Shown: positions 9,520 through 21,522 of the stretch, in pieces
Layout of the letters: each line of letters starts with the position of its first letter
Numbering within the stretch: the first letter of the stretch is position 1
Assembly: GCF_018350175.1 (NCBI RefSeq)
Contig: NC_058368.1
Coordinates: 3,286,001 to 3,350,000, forward strand
Reading direction: 5' to 3'
Origin: Felis catus
Lineage: Eukaryota
DNA: 64,000 nt
Position numbers and translations under genes: made by a program
The notes under the pieces: generated by a model
Told to the model about the DNA's origin: nothing
What the model saw: the letters and a program-made list of their open reading frames with translations, nothing else
Database searches by the model: none

Positions 9520-12479
9520 CCCAGAGATATTAGAAAACATAAAGTAATGTATCTGGGTTCCAAATCATCCAAAGTAGCTTCGTTTCGAAAAAGCTCAGTG
9601 GGGCCTCTACCTCCAAGGGGAGAAGGAAACAATAATTTCAAGGATGGCACAGAGAAATGATGGAAAACTTCAGTGTCTAGAAGGCTTAGGGATGTGATGT
9701 ACAAAAGGGAAGCTGAGTGTAGGGGAGAAAATAGGGAGACGGAAATGCATTGAAGTACGGGTCATGTTATCATCTCAAGTTGGAATTTGCTGGGCCCTCA
9801 CCAATGATGCCAGGTGGGAAAATTGGCCCAGAGTTGAGATGTTCTATTTTGTTTCTTAAGAGAAGCCAAGGATCCAGGTTCATCTATCTTTATATGCCCT
9901 TATTTTCATATTTTTACTACTTACGGTTATTTTTTTAATTTTGTGAGAACCCCGTATATCTAATGGGTTATCTATCTTTGTCATAGAGACACAGAAAATG
10001 GCATTTTTACTTCTCCTTGCTTTGTTTTATTACTGTCAAATTTCTTATTTGGAACATGATGTTCTTCTTCTAGGTTTTCTTCCTCTCCTCATCACCCTCT
10101 GCCCGTCATGCTGGAAGTTTTTAGCACATAACGAACACACGGCCTAAATTCTGAAAATGAGAGGAAGGGTGCTCGTTCATTCTTTTGGAGAGAAGACCCA
10201 TATCCCTTTGGAAACTAATGGGACACGGTCACAGGAATCTTCCTTCTTATCTCCAAATTGAACTCCCCATTTCCCTCTTCTGAGGTTAGCTCTTCCATCC
10301 AAATAGAGTAGAGCATAGATGCCGGCGATGAGCTAAGTATACAGAGAAATCTCGGGAAGATTCTTTGCCGGGAAAGAAAGAATATTTGCTGTCTGGAATC
10401 CCTGTTGGTTGAACTCCCAAATTCTTAACTAAGCCTATAAAAGAGACTTCATGCCTGTCCAAGCCTCCTTTACACAAGTTTTACCCTGTAGCTCTCCTTC
10501 TGCTCAAAGATCCTTGACACCAGAGTGGACCCAATGATTTTCCTTTTGGACTAGGCGCTCCCGGATGAAGCTGGCACTACTCTACATTCAAGCATATGTC
10601 ACTCTGAATTAGATCCCCGCGTAACGTGCAGCATTGATGGTGGAAGCTCTCCATAAACCGAGAAATAAAAGAATCTTGTTTAAATAACCTCTATCTCTAG
10701 ATGATTTAAAATACTTTGACACATCTATATTTTTTTTGAAAAATGAATCAAAAATAATTCAATCAGAAAAGCAACATCTGTTACTAATCAATAGCCTTGC
10801 AAGAGAATTAAAATGGTCTTTTTTCTCTCCCTTAAATTCTACTGATAATTTTTTTTTTTTATCCAATGTCATTCATTGAGATCAGATGCACTTACCCTGC
10901 ATCAGATCTTGGAATTACATAAATAATAAAGTCCTCCGGGCTGATGGCATGGGAACAGTGGAATGTGCAACAATATAATCAGGGGGAAAATCTATATTTA
11001 ATGTAAAGCATTCTAACACTGTAAAGTAAGATGAATTTTAAACTCCTTTGTTCTCTGAAGCCGGGGTGTGCCATAGCTAATGTTTTGTATTAAATCTTGT
11101 GCCATTTTTATCTGAGATGATGTCTTATTTTCTTTGTTTATGACTTTGGAAATTATTATAACAAGACACATGAAAGAGACGGAGGAGGAAATACAAATGG
11201 ATAAAACAGCATTCACTACCCAAAGCAAGTGTAAATGGAGCCAATCATTTTTTAACTTGACAGTCTCTTAATCTTTTCTAGTGAGCTCAGTGATGATTTT
11301 TCTTGGTTCAAAACCTGTCACAGCATTCATTTGTGACCATTTTTATTGCTGGGATTAGTCGAGGTCTATCAATTCTAAAACTCCGGTTTGGCCCAACGAA
11401 TGTCAGCTTTAATCGCTAAATGCCAAACAATGCAAGAATTCCAGAGAGTACCTTTGTAGTTATGATTACATTTTAAAACAGCCCTATAGTTCATGGACTG
11501 ACCTAAGCCTGCAAAAATTCAAAATACAGGAGGTCCCGGAATAGAGCCCATGCCTTTTGTTCTCTCCAAAACCTTTAGCTAAATTATTCACCAGCCCCCA
11601 AAGTCAAAATAGAGAGCAGTGGTGTTAAACTCAGCGAGGTGGTTGTGACCCGTATGTAGACCCAGGCCACCTTCACTGTCCTTGGCTTGTCTGGAGAGGA
11701 AATGTTGACACTGGCACCTCTTTACTGAAAACCAGTTTGTTGCTGGTTTTTAATTTGCATATTGTCCAAAGAATGTTATCAGCTTTGTCTGCCTGTCCCT
11801 AAAGCTGGAGGTGCAGATGTCTTCGTGACATATGAAGGAAGGTCATCTGCCAGAGATTTGGAGAGTATGCTAAGCGCCCTCGAGATCTGCATTTGGACAA
11901 CGCCACGAAGAAGTGATAGGGTGTGCCCCGTTCTACCCAGGAAGGTCAGTTTGGAATATGAAAGATTCCCTCAGGCAAGGGTGGCTTAAGGACCTCTAGG
12001 GCAGAGGAACAGAACTGGGAATACAACGCTAATTGGTAAATCTAGAACGCTCTATGAAAATTCCCATTAAATAACTTATCTTTCAAATGAGCTGGAAAAC
12101 TTTCTAATTGCCTCTGGAAGGTTTAGTAAAAGCATTGCTCCTGGACTGGCCACTAGAGGCTCTGGGGACAAGGGCCATCAGCTTAGGAGTACAGGAGGAA
12201 GACTTCGGAGACACTCACCCACAGAGAGGAGGATGGGTCTATGCTGGGAAGGGTGTGTAGAGGTCAGGCACACGGGCTGTGCATGCGCTCTACACCTGCA
12301 CACCTGGGACACCCAGGGCCACGTGGGTTTGCCAACCAGCAGGGCCAGACCGCCGCTGCCACCCAGGACGCTGGGGACTGGGAAGCAGTGACGCTCTCCC
12401 AGATGGTCACACCTCCATCTTAAGGTGGCATCTCTCCATCCAGCTGCCGAGTCACCCGTCCAGCTTTTGAAGCAAATGT

Positions 12480-12598
12480 ACACCCATCCTTAGGCATCAG
12501 GAGTGTGACTCAGCGGGTCTGGGGTAGGGCTTGGGTGTTCTTTCTTAAGTTCCAGTGATGGTACTGATGCCGGCCAAGTTTCAGAACGATTACTCTAA
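12480..12598. mobile_element. MER5-like hAT-Charlie fragment
   Basis: gactcagcgggtctggggtagggc...agttccagtgatggtactgatgc. Confidence 0.5.
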
Positions 12599-12766
12599 GG
12601 CAGGCTGTCTTAACAGCAATTCAGGTATTAAAACAAAATAAGACAAGAGACAAAAACAAGCTTTAATGAATAAATGGGAGATAATTCTGAACCAAGTAGG
12701 AAAAAGAGGGAGGATAACATGTGCATAGGTTCCTGGGAAATCAAGCTATGATTAAAACTAAAATCA

Positions 12767-13090
12767 TGGCTCAGCTGGTTGGGCATCCGACTTCGGCTCA
12801 GGTCATGATCTTATGGTTCATGAGTTCGAGCCCCGCATTGGGCTCTGTGCTGGTAGCTCAGAGCCTGGAGCCTGCTTCGGATTCTGTCTCCCTCTTTTTC
12901 TGCCCCTCCCCCAACCCGTATTCTGTGTCTCTCTCCAAATAAAAAAATAAAGGCACACAAACACAAATAAAATAAAATTAATTTAAAATAAAATAAAATA
13001 AAATAAAAATTAAATTAAATTGAAATGAAATGAAATGAAACGAAACAAAACAAAACAAAATAAAATAAAATAAAATAAAATAAAAATAAA
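12767..13090 (+). mobile_element. 5'-clipped CAN-SINE with expanded pentamer tail
   Basis: Body starts at tggctcag; TSD taaaatcatgg; (TAAAA)n-type tail. Confidence 0.93.
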
Positions 13091-13859
13091 ATCATGGTCT
13101 TTAAACATTAGGATCCAGAAAACTCCCTACGAAGCTTGTTTAAAACAGAGTCTTTGCTGCACTTTCACAGATTCTGCATTTGTAGATCTTGGTCTAGAGT
13201 CAGGAGTCTGATTTTTGAAATGAGTGTCCCCACTGATTCGAAATCAGGTGGCTGTAGTCAAACAGCAACAGCAACAAAACATAACCCAATCTGAGCACTT
13301 TCCTGATTTTCAAATTGGCAGAGGAGGAGGATGTCAATACATAGGACGGAATTCTGTAAGAAAAGCATCCTCCTCCTTTGGGTTAATTTTATACTGCATT
13401 CGAGTAATGCCTTGTCCGCAGAGAGGCTATGATTATGACATGGGCCACAGAAAAACAGCCTTCTACTAGATTTCATGTTTATATTCTGATATGATGAATT
13501 GCTAAACGAGTGACACGGTGGGTAAATTCATACTGATAAGATAAGAAATTAAAGAGAAATTTAAAGGCTATGTATGTCTAAGTTAAGATGGTAATTGTTA
13601 GTTCTCTGGCTTTTTCATTGCAATGAGCTCTCTGATAGGGCCAAAGGCCATTCAGAACCCTGGGCCCACCCAACCTGACTTACCCCTAAACAATGACAAG
13701 GCAGGCCTTCAGAATGATTGTGAAACATTGGCTCCGTCATTATCAAAATGCCAGCTCAGTTCTAGAATGTGTTGTTATTTTTCTGAACGTGGGCGGAAAG
13801 GTTTGGAGAAGGCCAATCACAGCTATAAGAACATATAAGACATGGCCTTTTTCCTCACA

Positions 13860-14065
13860 GATCTTGCAATCTAAGTAAGATAAGAGTCACACCAATGAAA
13901 CAATTGTGAATAATTTACAATAGTTAGTATAATTAAGTACTAAAATAGAAGTTATCACTAAGTTGCCTGGACCAAGGACTACATCATATCTGAAGTCCAC
14001 AGTGCAAGAAGGACAACTAGATGCTGGGTCATTCAGGAAGACTTCCTGGAGGAGGTGGGCTGGAT
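13860..14065 (-). mobile_element. L2 fragment
   Basis: atcttgcaatctaag...tcaggaagacttcctggaggaggtggg. Confidence 0.55.
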
Positions 14066-14095
14066 ATGCCATCTGTTCTATTTAAAAAAAAAACC

Positions 14096-14306
14096 TTTTT
14101 TTACATTTATTTATTTTTGAGAGACACAGAGAAACAGAGTGCAAGCGGGGGAGGGGCAGAGAGAGAAAGAGGCACAGAATCGGAAGCAGGCTCCAGGCTC
14201 TGAGCCATCAGCACAGAGCCCGACGCAGGGCTCGAAACCACGAACCATGAGATCGTGACCTGAGCTGAAGTCAGACGCTCAACCAACTGAGCCACCCAGG
14301 AGCCCC
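14096..14306 (-). mobile_element. CAN-SINE (SINEC_Fc)
   Basis: Consensus; TSD ctgttctattt. Confidence 0.95.
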
Positions 14307-15308
14307 TGTTCTATTTTATTTATTGAATGCATTCATTGCTCATAAATGTAAATCTCAAATAATTCAGCTGACTTGAGTCTGTGAATGCGTTCCTAAACAT
14401 CCCTGTCTTGGGTAACAAAAATTTTGCTTAGATTTTTTTTTTTGCCTTATCTATCATCAGAGATGTTTTTGACTTAATATAAAACATTAAGTCCCTCAGT
14501 TTTTACTAACGGCCAGAAACTCCTGGCTGGCTAACTCTTGCATTCCTTCTCATCATTTTTGGGCTCACCTTGCATTTCAAGATGCTTTTCTGCCCATCCC
14601 CTGTCTCTTAAATCTTGCAGTCCTTTGCCAGTGTGTTTTAATTCTTTGAGTACTATAGGACATATACACTATTCAGCATGTTCCTGTAAAACATTAAGTA
14701 ATGACTATGCCCGTGTTCTTACTTCTTTTCATAAAGGCAGCACAAAATACGCACATTAAACACAGCTGATGTAAAGGGCCAGTGATGGCTGGGTGGAGGG
14801 AGCTGAGTGCACACACAGCAAGAAAGAAGGAGAAATCTAGGAGCTTGACGTCTGCCATCTCACTCAGCGTTCGATGAAACTCTGAAAAGCAGAAAGACCA
14901 GGAGGTTTTCATAGAGGTGAAAGTCAACAAGAGAGAATCAGGAATCGGAGACAGGAAGTAACTGGTCAAGGTCACATGGGTTCTCAAAGCTCTCTGACCA
15001 AATCTGTCCTCTTGCTGGTACATCAAATGCCCAGTGAGAACCCAGGAAGAGCTTCCATGATTACAGCACTCTGAAGTTGGCACAGCACGTTTAATAAGGA
15101 CAATTTTACTGGACGACAGCAGTCCCGAAAGAGAAGAATGACAGAGTTTCCATTTATTTTTCATTTTTGTTTCACTGGTTAAATTCCATTTTCTGAGAAA
15201 ATGAAGGTTTAAAGATGCAAAACTTGATCGGTCGTGCCAAGGTCAATGTTTTCTTCCACTAGAGTGCATTGCTACCAGTTTGGCTGGGCTTGAAAGTTAC
15301 TCACAGGA

Positions 15309-15531
15309 GGGGTGCCTGGGTGGCTCAGTTGGTTAAGCGGCCGACTTCGGCTCAGGTCATGATCTCACAGTCCGTGATTTCGAGCCTCGCGTCGGGCTCT
15401 GTGCTGACAGCTCAGAGACTGGAGCCTGCTTCAGATTCTGTGTCTCCCTCTCTCTCTGACCCTCCCTCATTCATGCTCTGTCTCTCTCTGTCTCAAAAAT
15501 AAATAAACATTAAAAAAAATTAAAAAAAAAA
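15309..15531 (+). mobile_element. CAN-SINE (SINEC_Fc)
   Basis: Consensus; TSD gaaagttactca. Confidence 0.95.
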
Positions 15532-15550
15532 GAAAGTTACTCAGAGGAGC

Positions 15551-15737
15551 TTTTTTTAAAAGTTTATTTATTTATTTAGAGAGAGGCAGAGACAGTGCAA
15601 GTGCAGAGAGAGAGGGAGAGAGAGAGAATCCCAAGCAGGCCCCACACTGCCAGCACAGAGCCTGATGTGGGGCTCGAACCCACGAAGCCGTGAGTTAACG
15701 GCCTGTGCCGAAACCGAGAGTCAGACCCAGGCACCCC
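15551..15737 (-). mobile_element. CAN-SINE with internal head deletion
   Basis: gagagtcagacccaggcacccc lacks the A-box segment. Confidence 0.9.
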
Positions 15738-15924
15738 TCAAAGGGGCTTTTTAACAAAAGGAAATGATTCCACCCACAGAGCTCCTAGAAATTTTATCAC
15801 TAAAGCCTTGTCCTTCTGGGTCCCCCTAATCTCTAAGAGGGCTCTCACCAACTCATACGTCCCCCTGAAGATTTGCATGCACTGTCGTTCATCACAATTT
15901 TGTTTAAAATAGTAAGTTCTATAT

Positions 15925-16300
15925 CTTTGCATAACAAAAGACCCTACACGTAGTGCCTCAAAACTAGAATGATGTATTTATTCAAGATCCTTCAGTTTCG
16001 GTTGGGCTTAACTGGGCTCAGCAGTTCTGCTATTGGTCATTCCCGGAGTTATTCATGTGGCTCTATCAGCCAATGTGGTCAGGGCCTTGTGATCCGCGAT
16101 AGTCTCGCTCTTAGGTCTGTCTGACTGTCTGCAAAGGCCACGGGCACTCGAATTCCTATCCAAGTGGTATTTTCATCAGAACAGCATGTAGATTTCATAC
16201 ACGGTGGCAGCATGAGGCCAAGAGGACGAGCTACTGTTTAGGCACTTGTCCACAATTGGTTTGCACTACATTTGCTGACGTCACGCTGACTCAAGCAATT
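15925..16300 (-). mobile_element. Old MaLR (MLT1-type) LTR fragment
   Basis: cataacaaaagaccc...tagtgcctcaaaac...atttattcaagat...ctgggctcagcagttctgct pattern. Confidence 0.55.
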
Positions 16301-16980
16301 TGCGGTATGCGGAATAATGGCCCCCAAAGATGTCTAAATTGTAATCTGGTTACACGGCAGAAGGGGTTTTATAGGGGTGGGTAAGTTAAGGATCTTGGAA
16401 TGGCACACTAATCCTGGATTACCTGGGTGGTCCTGATGTAATTACAGGGGTCCTTATAAAAGGGAGAGGAGGCTAAGAGTCAGAGTAAACCCCATGGCCA
16501 AATCAGATACTAGAGCGATGCAGCCATGAGCTGAGGAACAAAAGTGGCCTCCAGAAGCTACAAAATGTAGAAAATGAGTTCTCCCCAAGAACCTCCAGAA
16601 GGCATACAGTTCTGCCGAACTTAAAAAAAATTTTTTTTTAATGTGTTCATTTCTTTTTGAGACAGAGAGAGACAGAGCGTGAGCAGGGGAGGAGCAGAGA
16701 GAGAGGGAGACACAGAATCCGAAGCAGGCTCCAGGCTCCGAGCCATCAGCCCAGAGCCCGACACGAGGGTCGAACCCACGGACTGTGAGATCATGACCTG
16801 AGCCAAAGTCGGACGCTCAACCGGCTGAGCCACCCAGCCGCCCCTGCTGAATTTCGATTTTAGTCCTGTCAGACCAATTTTGGACTTTTGACCTTGAGAA
16901 CGGTAAAATAATATATGTGGTCCTCTTAAGTCGCCAAGTTTGAAATAATCTGGCACAGCGGCAAAGAGGAAAATAATATA
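16301..16980 (+). mobile_element. MLT1D-like solo LTR interrupted by a SINE
   Basis: Start tgcggtatgcggaataatggcccccaaagatgtc; internal atcctggattacctgggtgg; end ggaaaataatata; TSD caatt/caagt. Confidence 0.85.
16631..16844 (-). mobile_element. CAN-SINE (SINEC_Fc) inside the MLT1 LTR
   Basis: Consensus; TSD tgccgaactt/tgctgaattt. Confidence 0.95.
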
Positions 16981-17189
16981 CAAGTCTCACATCCAGGGTA
17001 GAATCAGCGTTGGAGGCGCTGCATGGGCGATGTGATTCCTGAAGCCCAAAAATGTAACCCTCTACCACATGGATGTTCCTCTGAATGTTCACTATTTAAA
17101 AACACGTTGTAATAATAATCGTAATAATAAGATTAGAAGAATGACACCCCATATTGTTCACATGATAGCCAATTCCAAATGTAAGTTGC

Positions 17190-17407
17190 GGGGAGCCTGG
17201 GCGGCACAGTCAGTTTGGCCACAGCCTCTTGATTTTGGCTCAGTTCATGATCCCAGGGTCATCAGATCGAGCCCCCAGTTGGGTTTCTCACTGATCATGA
17301 AGCCTGCTTGAGACTCTCTCTCCCTTTGCCCTTCTTCCCTGCTCACACTCTCTCTCTCTAGAATATAAATGCATACATACATACATAAATACATAAATAA
17401 ATAAATA
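17190..17407 (+). mobile_element. Older CAN-SINE
   Basis: Head plus gatcccagggtcatcagatcgagcccc; TSD aaygtaagttgc. Confidence 0.9.
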
Positions 17408-17502
17408 CAACGTAAGTTGCAAAATATCAAGCACAATGTAAGCCCAGGTTTTTAGAGGGAAACCTAAATAAAATATCTTGTTCTTAGATGACAGATAAAT
17501 GT

Positions 17503-17577
17503 TAGATAGATAGATGATAGGTAGGTAGATAGATAGAGAGATGATAGATAGATAGATAGATAGATAGATGATAGATG
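17503..17577. repeat. (GATA)n microsatellite
   Basis: Imperfect tagatagata array. Confidence 0.95.
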
Positions 17578-18837
17578 CCAATAAATAGTATATATGTGTG
17601 TATAACCTTCAAATGAGGACTAGAAGTATATATTGCAAAATTTAAATTGTAGTTTATGGATGATGTTTTGGGTTTTCTTCTTTCCACATAATTTCAAATA
17701 TTCCACAGTGATCAGGAATTCCATTTTGCCAAAAACGGAACATAATAAATTTGTTGAAACGTCGTAAAGGCTTTTGGGAAAACAAAAACTAACCACGCTC
17801 TTGGGAGGGCTTGAGTACTGGCGTGCACTATTTGTATTGGTAAGAATGATGGGGAATAAAGAAAACTTGCTCTTGAAGATCTGTTCTACTCAAGGAAGCA
17901 GACCATGCAGTCCGGGGACCATGAAGGACAGTGATCGTGCAGCAATGTCTGAACAGCAATCAACCAGCCGACTGAAGTGACTCAAAGCCTGGGGTGGACG
18001 TGGGGACACCGAACTGACATTTACAGCAGGTGACCACATATGTGCTGATGGCCACCACGTTTGCAGGGAGAGGCAGGACCAGCAGAGGAAACATTCCTGA
18101 TAGAGGGAATGCGGGGCGCGCCCATATTCATCTGGATAAAACAAGACAGGGCTTGTGTATCAGAGAAAATGATAACTCAGGCCGGAAACTTTGAGAGGAG
18201 CAAGAGAGGAAAAGAGCTTTGTAAACTAAGCTGAGAATTTCAAACTGAAATGAAAAATATTGTTTTGTTTGTGTTCTGCTTTAGTTCGTTTTGTCTTTAA
18301 CCATCTTGAAAGCAGAGGCGGGCGACGCCACATTGTTGGTGGTTTTCTGTCTGTCTGTTCGTTTTAATTATTTCTTCGTAAATAAATTCTTTTTTTCATT
18401 CTAATGGTTTCAGGTCTTCTACTAGTGTGATACAAGTGGGATCAGGGCTGGACTCATGTGCGATGTGGGGACCCTGCTATGGTGAGAAAGATATCTGCTT
18501 ATAATAAATCCGATCTGATGAAACAGAAAACAAAAAGAAACACATTTCGGGCCTTCTTCACTCACCACCCCAAAGATATATTAATGCGCTGCTTGAGTGC
18601 CCAGCCCCACTGTTGGTTTTCTTTTACGAAGCTCTCTCCTGCCAGCATGAGATGCAAATGACCAAGTGGGCTTTCTCCTCTTGTCTTACAGCGGGGAGAA
18701 CAATAGGGAAGCACCAAAGGCTGGTGCAAAAGTTAAGCATGCATTGAACTCTGGGCTCCAAAGGGGAGGAGGAGAAACACATCTAGGAATTTCCCATTTG
18801 TAAACCAGACTTTGAATCTAAGACACTTGGGACTTAA

Positions 18838-18840
<3 letters not shown>

Positions 18841-18881
<41 letters not shown>
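18841..18881. repeat. Poly(A) run of 41
   Basis: Direct count. Confidence 0.95.
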
Positions 18882-18883
<2 letters not shown>

Positions 18884-19257
18884 AAAAAAAGGAACGTGAT
18901 GCTATCTATTCCCTCCAAAAGTGTTAAGTCTCCCACCAGGAAGGCCTGATACAATTAGGGTGGAAATAAAAGGGGCATCTGTTCTAGTTCATCAGACAGA
19001 CCACCTACAACACTTACTTTAAACCTCTTAGCATTTGACATGCCCAAAGGAAATGTTTCAAAGGAAACATTACTAAGTTCAACAGCCACAGATGGACCTC
19101 TGACAATTCGATGCTCCTGCTGTCACTGCGGTGGTCGGGGCCATCAATCAGTGGCGCTTCAGCCCTGCGAGGGCCCGAAATCCAGGGAGCCCACGGGCTG
19201 TGGTGAGCAGGGCAAAAGGCAGCAGCCCTCTTCCTTGTCCTCACCTGTCCTCGGCAT

Positions 19258-19276
19258 CCACAGCAGGTGGCAGTGA
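19258..19276 (+). promoter_or_regulatory. Candidate CTCF site
   Basis: aCAGCAGGTGGCAG matches 13 of 14 positions of CCASYAGRKGGCRS. Confidence 0.3.
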
Positions 19277-19438
19277 AGAAGGAGAACTAGGGGAGTCCTC
19301 CTGTCATCTTTATCCTCTGAAGGAAAAAAAAAAAAAAGACGTGCACTTAAACCCACTCTGGTATGATTGGCAGAGGTGTAGAAATGAACTCATCACCACC
19401 AGCTATCTCCGGGAGCCGGCCTAAAGCCTTACCACTCC

Positions 19439-19593
19439 CAGTGGGGTCTTCAGAGTCCTGGATCCTCAGCAGCCCCCTGAGCTTGTGAGAAATGCAGAAT
19501 CCCAGGCCTCGCTCCTGTTCTAGGCGAGCGGAATCTGTGCGTGAGCAGGATCTCCGGGTGACGCGGATGCACGTTAAAGTGTGAGAAGCACCC
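19439..19593. mobile_element. MER5A-like hAT-Charlie MITE
   Basis: cagcagccccctgagcttgtgagaaatgcagaatcccaggcc...gcacgttaaagtgtgagaagcac. Confidence 0.8.
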
Positions 19594-21312
19594 ATAGAAA
19601 GACCAGAAGAGAACCGATATCCTGCCGGCCGGTTGATAACAATGAAGCGAGGGAGAAGTTAAATACAGGAAGTTAAGGTGACATTCTTCAACCTTACACA
19701 GTGCCTGGCCTGAAATGGACATTGTAAAACAACGAAACTGACATTGTAAAAAAAAAAAAAAAAAAAAAAAGAAAGCGATGCTTACTTTCTATTTGATTTT
19801 TTGGCACGGCTGGATTCTCTGGTCACCCAGGCGAAAGCCAGGGTGGCTCCGTTGAAAAGCACGTGAACTGAGGGAGAAATGGGGGTGAGGGTTCTTCCGG
19901 GAGTGTTTCACCATTCAGACCCCTATTCCTATCAAGGGAATTATTACCTACAAAGAGATAGTCGTGCCCCCACCTCCACCCCCACGACCTCAGAATCCAT
20001 TTTCCACCTGCTTTTCTGTTTTAACTATGATTTAGCTGTTGTGCTTAAGCTCGATCATTATGGTGGAAAGAGATTTATTATTATAACGTGTATTTGAATT
20101 TTTGAGCAAATTCCGTGGTAGCAGTTTGAATATTTCAGAAACCAAGGGGAGGCCCAATTTCTGAATAGAGGCAGCACGAGCAAACAAAGAGCCTTTTGAG
20201 AATATTCAGAGAAAACTTAATTTGGTGTTCCGCATCTTAGGCTTTGACATGCATTCAAAACTCCAGATGACGTTAACCCCAGAAAGACTGGTTTCCACGG
20301 CGGGGTTGCTTTTATTTTTTTCAGTCAGCTTAATCCGGGGGGAGGGCTTGCAGTCACTCCACTGGCTCCACACAATCCTCTTGAGTCATCCTGGGGTAGG
20401 AGGGCAGGGCCGCCCCTCCAAGGAGACCTCGTTCAGCCAGCAACTCTGGGGCACGGACAGCCTCTGGCTCTGACCAGCACAGCCTGGCGGTGACACGTTA
20501 GCGATGAGGCATCTCTCCAGATGTGCGCTTTAAAAATACACACAGGAAAACCACATCATCCATTGTCCCGTTTTAGCTTTCGCTCAAAGGGAAGTAGCAT
20601 TTTCAAATCATTTCCACGAAGAAGCATCCATTGCAAGGTCAGATAAAATGTCTTGCTTTAAGTTTTAGAAAGTTTCATCGCATCTGACAGCCGGCCGCCC
20701 TGTCATTCTTTTACCTTGTACAGGGCCGCAAATGACCGTAACTGCTTTGCAAGAGGGTCTCTGAGCGCTTACGCCCAGCTGTGTAAGGGTCCTGCTAAGA
20801 CAACTGCTCTGTCAGGGGCTTCTCGTTGACACGCTATGTGACTCGTCGCTAAAGTCAACAGACAATATTCAGTCACTGAGTGCTCACAGGAAATGCAATT
20901 CAAAGGGCCCCAGCTCTTACATATGCCAATATATTGCTATTAATATCTACTCCAGAGGAACTTGTGTGATGAATGCTTACAGAAGGTGCCTCGTTCTCCA
21001 CCTGTAATCTTACATGGTTCTGAAGCAGGGTTTTGACAAAAGAGAGAAATTCACAAGTCTCACAAATTTGACGGCAAAGGTTCCTAACAGAGATGGATCC
21101 CAAAGGTTCTTTTTGAGGATGTTTCCAGAACGTACGTAGCCTTTAAAGGTCTTCACGAGCAGATAATGTCAGGCGATTTGATTTATGAAAAAAGGTATGG
21201 ACAAAATGTAAGAACGAGATAAAGCCCTTTAAATGCAACCTAGAAATAGAATACAGTTCTTAGATAAATGGAAAGAAATGCATGCAAAGAAACTGAAAAT
21301 GGTCCAAAATCT

Positions 21313-21522
21313 GGGCATCTGGGTGGCTCAGTCGGTGAAGCATCCGACTTCAGCTCAGGTCATGATCTCGTGCTTTGGGAGTTCGAGCCCCGAATTGGGC
21401 TCCGTGCTGACAGCTCGGAGCCTGGAGCCTGCTTCGGATTCTGTGTCTCCCTCTCTCTCTGCCCCTCCCCTGCTCGCACTCTGTCTCTCTCTGTCTCTCT
21501 CTCAAAAATAATAAAATAAAAT
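21313..21522 (+). mobile_element. CAN-SINE (SINEC_Fc)
   Basis: Consensus; TSD aaatggtccaaaatct/aaatagtccataatct. Confidence 0.95.

Noticed and set aside
12146..12165. CTCF-like tggccactagaggctct
   Set aside because: It lacks a core G and the downstream GC positions, so the match is weak
14694..15164. Longest ORF (156 aa, minus strand), and likewise 8743-9150 and 43905-44354
   Set aside because: No recognisable domain or supporting splice pattern; lengths are compatible with chance in 64 kb
19712..19770. 22-bp duplication (gacattgtaaaa twice) followed by an A run
   Set aside because: Ordinary slippage-scale event with no retrocopy body
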